DNA of 64,000 nucleotides from Acidimicrobiia bacterium (GTDB taxonomy: Bacteria > Actinomycetota > Acidimicrobiia > IMCC26256 > JBMOIJ01), in contig JBMOIJ010000001.1 of the NCBI GenBank assembly GCA_049317385.1, positions 468 to 64,467 of the forward strand. The letters run 5' to 3'. The notes below the pieces were generated by a model. The model was not told the DNA's origin. It saw only the letters and a list, made by a program, of their open reading frames with translations, and did not search any database. Below are positions 27,579 to 36,547 of the stretch, piece after piece; the stretch's first letter is position 1, and every line of letters starts with the position of its first letter. Position numbers and translations under genes: made by a program.

Positions 27579-27659
27579 ACGCCGCCCCCTGCCGGGAGCG
27601 GTGCGGCGAAGAGCATACTCAGCGCGGGGCCAACGGGGCCGAGGAGTACCGTCCGAGCG

Positions 27660-28145
27660 ATGCATGTCCGGCTCGCCACTGCGCACGACGGCCCTTCGAT
27701 CCTGGCCATCCACAACCATTACGTCGCGCACAGCACGGTCATCTTCGACATGGTGCCCCGCACTGCCATCGAGCAGGACCAGTGGATGGCCGATCACTCG
27801 GGGGCCTACCCCGCGGTGGTCGCCGAGGATGAGGGCGTCGTCATTGGTTTCGGGGCAATTGGCTCGTATCGCCCTCGCCCCGCCTACGCCATGACCGTCG
27901 AGGACTCCGTCTACGTGGCCGAGGGGGCCCAGGGGCGCGGCGCCGGAACCGCGCTGCTCACCGAGCTGGTCGACCTGGCCGCGAGCTTCGGGTACCACTC
28001 GATGATCGCTCGCATCGCGGGTGGCAACGAAGCCTCGGTCGCCCTCCATGCGCGGTGCGGCTTCGCAACCATCGGCGTGGAGCGCGAAGTGGGGCGCAAG
28101 TTCAACACCTGGCTCGACGTGGTGGCGATGCAGCGCATCCTCTGA
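27660..28145 (+). CDS. GNAT N-acetyltransferase, phosphinothricin-acetyltransferase (PAT) type
   Basis: 161 aa: ...ILAIHNHYVAHSTVIFD...YAMTVEDSVYVAEGAQGRGAGTALL...SVALHARCGFATIGVEREVGRKFNTWLDVVAMQRIL, which matches the PAT-family pattern end to end. Confidence 0.85.
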   Translation: MHVRLATAHDGPSILAIHNHYVAHSTVIFDMVPRTAIEQDQWMADHSGAYPAVVAEDEGVVIGFGAIGSYRPRPAYAMTVEDSVYVAEGAQGRGAGTALLTELVDLAASFGYHSMIARIAGGNEASVALHARCGFATIGVEREVGRKFNTWLDVVAMQRIL

Positions 28146-28182
28146 CCGAAGCGGATGCGCCGCCCTGTGCGAGCATGGGGAG

Positions 28183-29571
28183 ATGTTCTTCCGCCAGTAC
28201 TACCTGGGCTGCCTGTCGCAAGCGTCGTACCTGATCGGTGACGAGACCACCGGGCGGGCCGTGGTCATCGACCCCTTGCGCGACGTCGCGCAGTACCTCG
28301 ACGACGCCGCGGCGAACGGACTGACGATCGAGCGGGTCATCGAGACGCACTTCCACGCCGACTTCTTGTCAGGTCACCTCGAACTCGCGGCGGCCACCGG
28401 CGCGGTCATCTCCTATGGCGACGCGGCCGCCGGACGCGCCGAGTTCGACGTGGACTACCTGGCGAACGGTGCGGTCGTCTCGCTCGGCACCGTCGAACTC
28501 GAGATCCGTGCCACTCCCGGCCACACGCCGGAATCGCTCTGCGTCGTGATCCATGACCAGGGTCGCAACCACGCGCCCTTCGGCGTGTGCACCGGCGACA
28601 CCCTGTTCATCGGCGACGTCGGGCGGCCCGACCTGTTGGCCAGCGTTGGGGTGACGGCCGATGAGTTGGCCCGCCAGCTGTACCGCTCGCTGCATACCCA
28701 GCTCCTCACCCTCCCCGACGACACCCGCGTATTCCCCGCCCATGGTGCGGGTTCCGCGTGCGGGAAGCACCTGTCAAGCGAAACCGAGTCGACGATCGGC
28801 GTGCAGCGCCACACGAACTACGCGCTTGCCCCCATGACCGAGGACGAATTCGTCGCTGCGGTCACCTCCGGTCAGCCTGCGGCCCCGTTGTACTTCGCGT
28901 TCGCGGCCCAACGGAACACCGCGCAACGCGACACACTCGACGAACACGCCGACGTCACCGAACTCACACTCGATGACGCCTTGGACCGCAAAGCCGCAGG
29001 CGCCGTCATCGTCGACACGCGCAGCGTCACGTCATTCGCCCACAGCCACCTCGTTGATGCAATCAACGTCGAGCTCGACGGGCGGTTCGCCGAGTACGTC
29101 GGCGAGGTGGTTCCCCCGAAGACCCCCATGATCCTGGTTACCGAACCTGCCCGTGCCCAAGAAGCACGCAATCGCTTGGCCCGCATCGGATTCGATGACG
29201 TGATCGGCGCGCTCGCCGACGTGGAGCGAGCGTTTGCCACACATCCCGACCTGCTGGCGCAGGCGTCGCGCCTCACAGCCGATGCGTTCGACGCGTTGCG
29301 TGCCGCCGACCCGAACATTGTCGTGATCGACGTGCGGGGACCCGGCGAGTTCGAGTTCGGTGCAATTCCGGGTGCGCTCCACATCCCGTTGCCGGAGCTC
29401 CTCGCACGGCTCGACGAACTCGACGCGTCGGCACCCACCGTCGTGTACTGCCAGAGCGGTGTGCGGTCGAGCATTGCCGCCAGTGTGATGCGAGCCCACG
29501 GCTTCACCGACGTGTCCGACATCATCGGCGGCTACGCGAGTTGGGCCAGTCGCGAAGCGGCGGCTCGCTGA
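28183..29571 (+). CDS. MBL-fold hydrolase (persulfide-dioxygenase/glyoxalase II-like) fused to rhodanese domains
   Basis: Trimmed to the ATG at 28183 (MFFRQYYLGCLSQASYLIGD...). It has the HFHADF metal motif. The C-terminal rhodanese carries the active-site loop VVYCQSGVRSS. Confidence 0.8.
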   Translation: MFFRQYYLGCLSQASYLIGDETTGRAVVIDPLRDVAQYLDDAAANGLTIERVIETHFHADFLSGHLELAAATGAVISYGDAAAGRAEFDVDYLANGAVVSLGTVELEIRATPGHTPESLCVVIHDQGRNHAPFGVCTGDTLFIGDVGRPDLLASVGVTADELARQLYRSLHTQLLTLPDDTRVFPAHGAGSACGKHLSSETESTIGVQRHTNYALAPMTEDEFVAAVTSGQPAAPLYFAFAAQRNTAQRDTLDEHADVTELTLDDALDRKAAGAVIVDTRSVTSFAHSHLVDAINVELDGRFAEYVGEVVPPKTPMILVTEPARAQEARNRLARIGFDDVIGALADVERAFATHPDLLAQASRLTADAFDALRAADPNIVVIDVRGPGEFEFGAIPGALHIPLPELLARLDELDASAPTVVYCQSGVRSSIAASVMRAHGFTDVSDIIGGYASWASREAAAR

Positions 29572-29595
29572 GCGAGCCGCCGAACATCGATTCTG

Positions 29596-29676
29596 TGGGC
29601 CGGGTTGGATTCGAACCAACGTAGCTCTCGCAACGGTTTTACAGACCGTCCCCTTTGGCCACTCGGGTACCGACCC
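29596..29676 (-). tRNA. tyrT: tRNA-Tyr (anticodon GTA), long variable arm
   Basis: An 81-nt cloverleaf with acceptor GGGTCGG/CCGGCCC (one G-U pair), anticodon loop CTGTAAA, a 13-nt variable arm and T-loop TTCGAAT. Confidence 0.88.
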
Positions 29677-29783
29677 TTGGGCGCCTCCGGCTGGGCCGAA
29701 GGCGAGGAGCGAGCCTAGCCAACGGCGGCGGATTGGCGTCTCGGATACCGTGCCCGGCGCCAAGTCCACCGAGGAGTGCCACC

Positions 29784-30272
29784 ATGCCGAGTTTCGATGT
29801 CGTCTCCGAGTTCGACGAGCAGGAAGTCCGCAATGCCGTCGACCAGGCTGCTCGCGAGATCGGGAGCCGCTTCGACTTCAAGAACACCGACAGCTCCATC
29901 GAGCTGAAGGACGACAAGATCGAGCTGCACTCGAATTCCGAGTCCCGCCTCACCGCGCTCGTGCAGGTGCTCGAAGAGAAGTTCGTGAAGCGCAAGGTGT
30001 CCCTCAAGTCGCTCGACTACGGGAAGGTCGAGGACGCTTCGAAGGGCACGGTCCGCCAGACGGCCACGCTGGTGCAGGGCATCACCACCGAGAAGGCCAA
30101 AGAGATCGGCAAGTACGTGAAGGAGCATGCCCCCAAGGGCGTGGCCCACCAGATCCAGGGTGACCAGCTCCGCATCAACGGCAAGAAGCGCGACGACCTC
30201 CAGGCCACCATCACGTTGCTCAAAGAGCACGACTTCGGGATCCCGCTCGACTTCAAGAACTTCCGGGACTGA
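29784..30272 (+). CDS. yajQ: YajQ-family nucleotide-binding protein (UPF0234)
   Basis: Trimmed to the ATG at 29784, with GAGGAG 8 nt upstream. It reads MPSFDVVSEFDEQEVRNAVDQAAREIGSRFDFKNT...LDFKNFRD (162 aa). Confidence 0.9.
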   Translation: MPSFDVVSEFDEQEVRNAVDQAAREIGSRFDFKNTDSSIELKDDKIELHSNSESRLTALVQVLEEKFVKRKVSLKSLDYGKVEDASKGTVRQTATLVQGITTEKAKEIGKYVKEHAPKGVAHQIQGDQLRINGKKRDDLQATITLLKEHDFGIPLDFKNFRD

Positions 30273-30275
30273 CCG

Positions 30276-30340
30276 GGCGGCCCGTGGGCCGGTCGATCCG
30301 GGCAGACTGGCCTGCCTTGGACGGGCCGCCGGGCTGTTTG
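30276..30340 (+). terminator. Long hairpin plus T-tract after yajQ
   Basis: GGCGGCCCGT (30276-85) pairs with ACGGGCCGCC (30321-30). An inner hairpin GGCAG/CTGCC lies between them. GGGCTGTTTG follows. Confidence 0.4.
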
Positions 30341-30354
30341 AGTAGAATGTCCGA

Positions 30355-31746
30355 ATGGGTTGGGGTGAGTTCGACGGTCCGCTCTTCGAGTACCTCGAGG
30401 GCCTCACGGTGGCGGTGCCCCGGCTCGTGCCCCAGGACCGCATGTTCCCCGCCGGCTGGCGCCCGAACGCCAAGCGCGGCCACCCGCGGGAGCAGTACTT
30501 CGCCCAGGTCCATGCGGCCCTGCGACGGGAACGGTCGGGCTTCCACCTGACCTTGGCCCCCACGGGCGGTTGGGCCGACCCGCTGGGCGCGCTCCGCCAG
30601 GTCAACGACATCGAACGCGTCGGCACCATGTGGAGTCGGGCCGTGAACCACGCCGTCCACTGGCTGAGCGCACGCACCCGCGCCGACGGCCTCGAACTCC
30701 AAGGCTTCGAGAGCGCGGCGTTCACCCATCGGGCCGACCCCGACGGCACTGCGCAACTCCACACCCACGTGGTGATCCCACGATTCCAACCCACACCTGA
30801 TGACGGCTGGGCCGAACTGGACTCCCACACCATGGCGTGGCACGCGCTCGGGGCCCAGGCCGTTGCCGACGCGATCTTCCGGCACGCGTTGACGTTCAAC
30901 TCTGCGTTGCGCGTCGGCTTTGGAGTGACCGAACCCGACGGCGTGATCCTGCCCGTCGACCGCGACGGGAACCCCGTCGAGCTGGGACCGGTGTGGGTCG
31001 GCGGTCCCGAGGCGCGCTGGGTGACGTCACCCGAATACCAAGACCGCCAGCGCGAACGAGCGAAGTATCCGAGCGCGCACGAGGTGCTGCCCCGACGCCC
31101 GTACGACGTCGCGCTGACCGACGACGCACCCAGCCCTGAGTTCGCCGCCGACGCGACCGCCGACGAACGCGTCCGCGACCTTGCGGCTGCACACGTCAGC
31201 GGGTTCGACCACGTGCGCACGCTGGTGCAGCACCCGGCCATCACGGCGGCCACCCCCGGAGTACCCGATTTCGCCGCCCCCATGGATGCGCCGCTCCCAA
31301 CCCTCGGTGATCTGCACGTGGCTCCGGCCATTGCGATGATGCAACGGCTCGCGAACATGGACGACCCGCCGCGCGATGTGTACGACGCGCGCAAGGCCAT
31401 GCTCGACGCGGCGCGCGATCTGTCGTACTACCGCAGCCTGGGCACCGAACCGCGCTGGATTCGCGGCCTGTTCGGCGCGCCCGTTCCCGAAGAACTTGCC
31501 GTGCGACGCCCGCTCGTCGAACAACTCGTGAAACTTGGCCCCGACCAACCAGCCAACGGTTCTCTTCTGAAAGCGGTGTTGGAACATCGCGCGACGTGGG
31601 GCGCAGGACGCAACAATCCTCCGTCGGCGGTGCTCGACCAGGTGAAGGTCGCCGACACCTCACGCAAAGACCACAAGGAAGCACAGCAACGTCGGAAGGC
31701 CACGCGCGAAGCCAACCGTCAGAATCAACAGACACTGTTCGATTGA
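30355..31746 (+). CDS. TrwC/MobF-like relaxase-domain protein, short (no helicase domain)
   Basis: 463 aa. AFTHRADPDGTAQLHTHVVIPRF, followed by ...GWAELDSHTMAWHALGAQAVADAIFRHALTFNSALRVGFGV, runs parallel to the TrwC histidine-triad region (FRHETSR..DPQLHTHAVI...). There is an in-frame TAG 4 codons upstream. TAGAAT lies 6 nt before the ATG, so a leaderless start is possible. Confidence 0.5.
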   Translation: MGWGEFDGPLFEYLEGLTVAVPRLVPQDRMFPAGWRPNAKRGHPREQYFAQVHAALRRERSGFHLTLAPTGGWADPLGALRQVNDIERVGTMWSRAVNHAVHWLSARTRADGLELQGFESAAFTHRADPDGTAQLHTHVVIPRFQPTPDDGWAELDSHTMAWHALGAQAVADAIFRHALTFNSALRVGFGVTEPDGVILPVDRDGNPVELGPVWVGGPEARWVTSPEYQDRQRERAKYPSAHEVLPRRPYDVALTDDAPSPEFAADATADERVRDLAAAHVSGFDHVRTLVQHPAITAATPGVPDFAAPMDAPLPTLGDLHVAPAIAMMQRLANMDDPPRDVYDARKAMLDAARDLSYYRSLGTEPRWIRGLFGAPVPEELAVRRPLVEQLVKLGPDQPANGSLLKAVLEHRATWGAGRNNPPSAVLDQVKVADTSRKDHKEAQQRRKATREANRQNQQTLFD

Positions 31747-31773
31747 CTTGCGCACTCGGCGTGCGCTGCGACG

Positions 31774-33735
31774 CTATTCCTCGCTCGGCTGCTGGGCCAG
31801 ATAGCGCGCTTTGATTCCTGCCACCACCGCCGGGTCCGCAAGCGTGGTGGTGTCACCGAGTTGGTGATCTTCGGCCACGTCGCGCAGCAGGCGGCGCATG
31901 ATCTTGCCCGAGCGGGTTTTGGGAAGATCGTCAGTGATGAGAATCGTCTTCGGTTTCGCAATCGGTCCGATGGTCGCGCCCACGTGGTCGCGTAGCTCTG
32001 CAATGAGTTCATCACTCGCCTGGTGTCCGGCGCGCAGGATCACGAACGCCGCGATCGCCTGGCCGGTGGTCGGGTCGGTCTTGCCCACCACTGCGGCCTC
32101 TGCCACCGCCGGGTGATCCACGAGCGCGCTCTCCACTTCGGTGGTGGAGATGTTGTGCCCCGCGACCAACATGATGTCGTCGACGCGGCCGAGCAACCAG
32201 AAGTAGCCGTCGTCATCGCGCTTGGCCCCGTCGCCCGCGAAGTAGCGGCCGTCGAAGCGGGACCAGTACGTGTCCTGGTAGCGCTGAGGGTCACCCCAGA
32301 TACCACGTAGCATCGACGGCCACGGCCGCGTCAACGTCAGGTAGCCACCGCCGGGGATTCCCACGGATTCACCGTTGTCGTTCACGACGTCGGCGCCGAC
32401 ACCGGGCAACGGGAACGTGGCACTTCCCGGCTTCAACGTGGTGGCCGCGGGCAACGGGCTGATCATGATGGCGCCGGTTTCGGTCTGCCACCACGTGTCG
32501 ACCACCGGGCACCGCTCGCCACCGATGTGCTGCCAGTACCAAACCCACGCTTCGGGGTTGATGGGCTCACCCACGCTGCCCAGCAGGCGCAGGCTCGACA
32601 GGTTGTGCCGCTCCACGAACTCGGTGCCCCACTTCATGAACGTGCGAATGCTCGTGGGTGCGGTGTAGAGGATGGTGACCGCATACTTCGCGACGATCGA
32701 CCAGAAGCGGTCCTTGTCGGGGAAGTCGGGCGCACCTTCGTAAAGCACCACCGTGGCGCGGTTCGCAAGCGGCCCGTACACGATGTAGCTGTGACCGGTG
32801 ACCCAACCGCAGTCGGCCGTGCACCAGTAGACATCGGTGTCAGGGTGCAGGTCGAACACGTTGCGATGCGTGAACGCGGTCTGCGTGAGATAGCCACCGC
32901 TCGTGTGCATGATGCCCTTGGGCTTGCCCGTGGTACCGCTGGTGTAGAGGATGAACAGCAGCTGTTCCGCGTCCATCGGTTCCGCCGGGCACTCGGCCGA
33001 TTGCTGCGGCACGAGGTCGTGCCACCAGACGTCGCGCCCTGCTTCCATCGTCACGTCGTTGTTCGTTCGTTGGAACACGAGGGTCTTCTCGATGCTGGGG
33101 CACTCGGCCAACGCTTGGTCAGCGATGCCCTTGAGGTCGACGACGTTGCCCCGCCGCCAGGCCCCGTCACAGGTGACGAGCACTTTGGCTTGGGCGTCGT
33201 GGATGCGATCGCGCAACGAGTCGGAGCTGAATCCGCCAAACACCACTGAGTGCGCCGCACCAATACGCGCGCACGCAAGCATCGCAACCGGGAGTTCGGG
33301 AACCATGCCCATGTAGATGGCGACCCGGTCGCCCGTCTGCACGCCGAGGGCTCTCAACGCGTTGGCGGCGCGTGACACTTCGTCTTTGAGCTCGGCGTAG
33401 GTGATGCGCCGGTCGTCGCCGGGTTCGCCTTCCCAGAGGAACGCAACCTGGCCACCGTGGCCGGCCTCCACGTGACGGTCGACGCAGTTGTAAGACACAT
33501 TCAACTGGCCACCGACAAACCACTTCGCGAACGGCAGGTTCCATTCCAAGGTGGTGTCGAAGTCGCGCGCCCAGTGCAGGAGTTCACGGGCCTGGCGCGC
33601 CCAGAAGCCTTCGAAATCCCGCTCCGCCTCGGCGGAGAGGCTGTCGTTCGTGGGGCTGGCCGCGGCGGCTTGGAACTCGGGCGGCGGCGGGTACGTGCGC
33701 CCTTCCGCGAGCAACGACTCCAGTGCCTCGGTCAT
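31774..33735 (-). CDS. acs: Acetyl-CoA synthetase
   Basis: Trimmed to the ATG at 33733-33735 (MTEALESLLAEGRTYPPPPEF...). It has ...YTSGTTGKPKG..., ...WQTETG... and ...LPKTRSGKIMRRLLRD. Length 653 aa. Confidence 0.95.
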   Translation of the reverse strand: MTEALESLLAEGRTYPPPPEFQAAAASPTNDSLSAEAERDFEGFWARQARELLHWARDFDTTLEWNLPFAKWFVGGQLNVSYNCVDRHVEAGHGGQVAFLWEGEPGDDRRITYAELKDEVSRAANALRALGVQTGDRVAIYMGMVPELPVAMLACARIGAAHSVVFGGFSSDSLRDRIHDAQAKVLVTCDGAWRRGNVVDLKGIADQALAECPSIEKTLVFQRTNNDVTMEAGRDVWWHDLVPQQSAECPAEPMDAEQLLFILYTSGTTGKPKGIMHTSGGYLTQTAFTHRNVFDLHPDTDVYWCTADCGWVTGHSYIVYGPLANRATVVLYEGAPDFPDKDRFWSIVAKYAVTILYTAPTSIRTFMKWGTEFVERHNLSSLRLLGSVGEPINPEAWVWYWQHIGGERCPVVDTWWQTETGAIMISPLPAATTLKPGSATFPLPGVGADVVNDNGESVGIPGGGYLTLTRPWPSMLRGIWGDPQRYQDTYWSRFDGRYFAGDGAKRDDDGYFWLLGRVDDIMLVAGHNISTTEVESALVDHPAVAEAAVVGKTDPTTGQAIAAFVILRAGHQASDELIAELRDHVGATIGPIAKPKTILITDDLPKTRSGKIMRRLLRDVAEDHQLGDTTTLADPAVVAGIKARYLAQQPSEE

Positions 33736-33790
33736 GGATCCCCCCGGGTCATTCGGCTGCCGGGAGGCTAACGCTCGGGGCGGAAGGTGC

Positions 33791-34939
33791 TCAGCAGCGG
33801 TTGAACGTGAGGACGCGGTGGGCACCGAGTCCAGCGGGGTCACAGAGCGCGTCGGCTTCGTGCACGAGGCTGCGCGCCTGCAGCGCGGCCAAGTCGCCAC
33901 GAGCGCGCCCGGCGTCCCACGCCGCCGCCGCATCGGCCACGAGCGCGTCGACACCGAGTGCCTGCAACCACTCGCGCTGGGTCACGTCGCCGAACGGTTT
34001 CGCCCCCAAGCGCGCCGCGATCATCGCCACCACGTCGGTGGGCACGTCGATGGTGATGTCGTGCACCCCCGGATCGGCAAGAGGGTCGCTCCCCCGACCG
34101 TGGGCGGCATACGTGCGCAACCACGCGCGGGTCGCCAACTCTGCCGATGGTGCGCCGTAGTCGACGAACGCGAGCACGCCCCGCCGGATACAGCTCGTTG
34201 CGGTCGCCATCCAGGCACGAATGCCGGACACGACCGGAAGTCGTGCGCCCACCGCGCAGTCGGGCAGATCGGCCAGGAGGTCAGCATCGGCCGGCACCAA
34301 CACCTCCACCAACCGGTCGCCGTCGGCGCCCACGCGCACCTCGAGCCATTCATCAGCACCACGCTCGACGATGCGGAACGGCAGGTTGTCGAGCAGCTCG
34401 TTGCTGAAGAGCACTGCGTCGCGAAGACCGACCGCCGGCAGATCGGCGAGCGAGCAGGCCATCGGCCCGCGCCCCGGCTCGATCACCACCGGATCGTCGG
34501 GATCGCCCGTCTGCAGCACCGGGCCGAGGACGTCCTCGGCGCGTTCGAGGTCAACCACCGGTTCGAGGCGCGCCGCGTGCTCGGCCCGCAACGCCTCGGA
34601 CCGTTCCACCAGCACATACCGAAGCGCCGCAGCACAGCCAGGCTCGGCGCGCAGCACGTCCCGGCAGAGCCGGCCGTTGCCGGCACCAGCCTCGACCACC
34701 ACGAACGGATCGGGTTCGCCGAGGTCACGCCACCAGCCATCGAGGGCGCGCGCCACCAGCGCACCGAACAGCGATCCGACTTCGGGACTCGTCACGAAGT
34801 CGTGCCCCGCGCGCCCAGCACCGTGGCCCGACGCGAAGAACCCGCCGTCGGGGTCGTAGAGCGCCGCGTCGACGTACGCGTCGAACGGGATGGGGCCCTC
34901 ACGATGAATGCGCGCCGCAATGCGCGGGGCCAGCGTCAC
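33791..34939 (-). CDS. MidA/NDUFAF7-family class I SAM-dependent methyltransferase (DUF185)
   Basis: 382 aa: GPIPFDAYVDAALYDPDGGFFASG...GHDFVTSPEVGSLFGALVARALDGWW...VVVEAGAGNGRLCRDVL, which matches the MidA pattern. The GTG start lies 12 nt after the nuoN (copy 1) stop. Confidence 0.8.
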   Translation of the reverse strand: MTLAPRIAARIHREGPIPFDAYVDAALYDPDGGFFASGHGAGRAGHDFVTSPEVGSLFGALVARALDGWWRDLGEPDPFVVVEAGAGNGRLCRDVLRAEPGCAAALRYVLVERSEALRAEHAARLEPVVDLERAEDVLGPVLQTGDPDDPVVIEPGRGPMACSLADLPAVGLRDAVLFSNELLDNLPFRIVERGADEWLEVRVGADGDRLVEVLVPADADLLADLPDCAVGARLPVVSGIRAWMATATSCIRRGVLAFVDYGAPSAELATRAWLRTYAAHGRGSDPLADPGVHDITIDVPTDVVAMIAARLGAKPFGDVTQREWLQALGVDALVADAAAAWDAGRARGDLAALQARSLVHEADALCDPAGLGAHRVLTFNRC

Positions 34940-34951
34940 GCCGGCACCGGG

Positions 34952-36547
34952 TCAGCGCGCGCCGAGCGCGAACTTCGCGGTCTCGCCGACCCAGCCAACA
35001 AGGCCGGGGAAGACGCCGAGAACCACAGTGAGCACGATGGTGAGACCGATCGCGAAACTGACTGCCGGCTGCACCTTGACGGGCGCGGTTGCCCCCTCGG
35101 GCACATCGCCGAACACCATGCGGCGCACTGGACGCACGTAGTAATAGAACGCGATGACGCTGTTCACGGCCGCGATGACACCGAGCACCGTCGCCGCCGT
35201 AGTCCCGGCGTCGAACACTGCCCGGAACATCACGAGCTTCGCGAACCAGCCGGCCAGCGGCGGAATACCCGCGAGCGAGAACAAGAACAGCGCGAACACC
35301 ACCGTGAGCGCCGGGCTGCGCTGGTACAGGCCCGAGTAGCTGTCGATCTCAGCCGAACGGGTGACCCGCGAGATCGCGATGACACACGCGAACGCACCCA
35401 GGTTCATGACCGCGTAGATGACCAGGTAGATGAGTACCGCCTGCAACGAGCTGGAGGTGCCCTTGGTGAGCGGATTGTCGCCAGCCACCGCAAGCGGCAC
35501 CAAGATGAATCCGCCTTGCGCAACCGACGAGTACGCGAGCAGGCGCACCATGTTGGTCTGGCGGAGCGCAGTGAGGTTGCCCACGAACATCGAGGCCGCC
35601 GCCAACAGCCACAGCACCGGTTGCCACCAACGCGGCTGCTGCGCGAAGCCCAGGAACACGATGGTGGTCAGCGCAACGAAACCACCGGCTTTGGACGCAA
35701 CCGACAGGAACGCCGTGACCGGGGTGGGCGCGCCTTCGTAGGTGTCGGGAGCCCAGAAGTGGAACGGCACCGCCGAAACCTTGAACGCGAACCCGACCAG
35801 CGTGGCGAACACGGCGAAGACCCAGAGGCCCACCTGACCGCCCGAGGCTTCGGCGACCCGCGGCGCAATCTCACGCAACAACGTGGTGCCCCCGGCCAAG
35901 CCGTAGACGAGCGACATGCCGTAGAGCATGACGGCTGATGCGAGTACGCCGAACAGGTAGTACTTGAGCATCGCTTCGTTCGACTTGGTGTCGTGCTTAC
36001 GCCAACCCGCCAAGATGAAGGTGGGGATGGAGATGGTCTCGAGCGCAATGAAGATGCTGATGAGGTCACGCGCAGTGGCCATGAGCATCATGCCCAGCAC
36101 GCTGGTCAGCAGCAAGAAGTAGTACTCGCTCTGGTAGTAGTCGCCTTCGGCGATGTAATCGAGCGAAATGAACAACGTGACGTACGCAATCACCAGGAAC
36201 AACGCCTGGAACGCGAGCGCATAGCGGTCGACCACGATGGCGCCACCGAACATCACCCGCGGCCCGCGGTTACCAACGGTGTTCCACAACGTGAACACCG
36301 GAACGAGCGACGCCAACAGGCCAACCAGCGCGAGACGCGGACCGAGCACCCGCCGCTGCCGTTCGAACACAAGATCCGCGAGCAACGTGATGATCACCGT
36401 GATCGACAGGATCACCAGCGGCGAGAGCGCGTACCAGTCAAGGGGCCGGAACCCGGTGTACGCACCGGGAGCCGAAATCGGCACCGGCGCCGAGATGGGC
36501 ACCGGCGTGGCGATCGGGGCCGCTGCCTGCGCAAGGAAGTTGATCAC
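34952..36547 (-). CDS. nuoN: NADH-quinone oxidoreductase subunit N, copy 1 (EFG-less cluster)
   Basis: A 531-aa polytopic antiporter-like ORF and the last nuo gene of the cluster. GTGA overlap with the nuoM stop. The N-terminus has a tandem PVPISA repeat, so the exact start is uncertain. Confidence 0.85.
   Translation of the reverse strand: MINFLAQAAAPIATPVPISAPVPISAPGAYTGFRPLDWYALSPLVILSITVIITLLADLVFERQRRVLGPRLALVGLLASLVPVFTLWNTVGNRGPRVMFGGAIVVDRYALAFQALFLVIAYVTLFISLDYIAEGDYYQSEYYFLLLTSVLGMMLMATARDLISIFIALETISIPTFILAGWRKHDTKSNEAMLKYYLFGVLASAVMLYGMSLVYGLAGGTTLLREIAPRVAEASGGQVGLWVFAVFATLVGFAFKVSAVPFHFWAPDTYEGAPTPVTAFLSVASKAGGFVALTTIVFLGFAQQPRWWQPVLWLLAAASMFVGNLTALRQTNMVRLLAYSSVAQGGFILVPLAVAGDNPLTKGTSSSLQAVLIYLVIYAVMNLGAFACVIAISRVTRSAEIDSYSGLYQRSPALTVVFALFLFSLAGIPPLAGWFAKLVMFRAVFDAGTTAATVLGVIAAVNSVIAFYYYVRPVRRMVFGDVPEGATAPVKVQPAVSFAIGLTIVLTVVLGVFPGLVGWVGETAKFALGAR

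Noticed and set aside
29715-31400. 561-aa minus-strand ORF covering yajQ and the relaxase-like gene.
   Set aside because: The plus-strand frames have recognisable YajQ and TrwC-like motifs and sensible starts. The minus-frame product is Ser/Arg/Gly/Ala-rich with no motif.
27579-31746. A genomic island or integrative element anchored at tRNA-Tyr or tRNA-Thr (GNAT, MBL-rhodanese, yajQ, relaxase-like ORF).
   Set aside because: By eye I see no integrase or recombinase, no direct repeat of a tRNA 3' end, and no compositional break. The relaxase-like ORF lies on the 5' side of tRNA-Tyr, not the usual 3' integration side. I report it only as a question under findings, not as a mobile_element feature.
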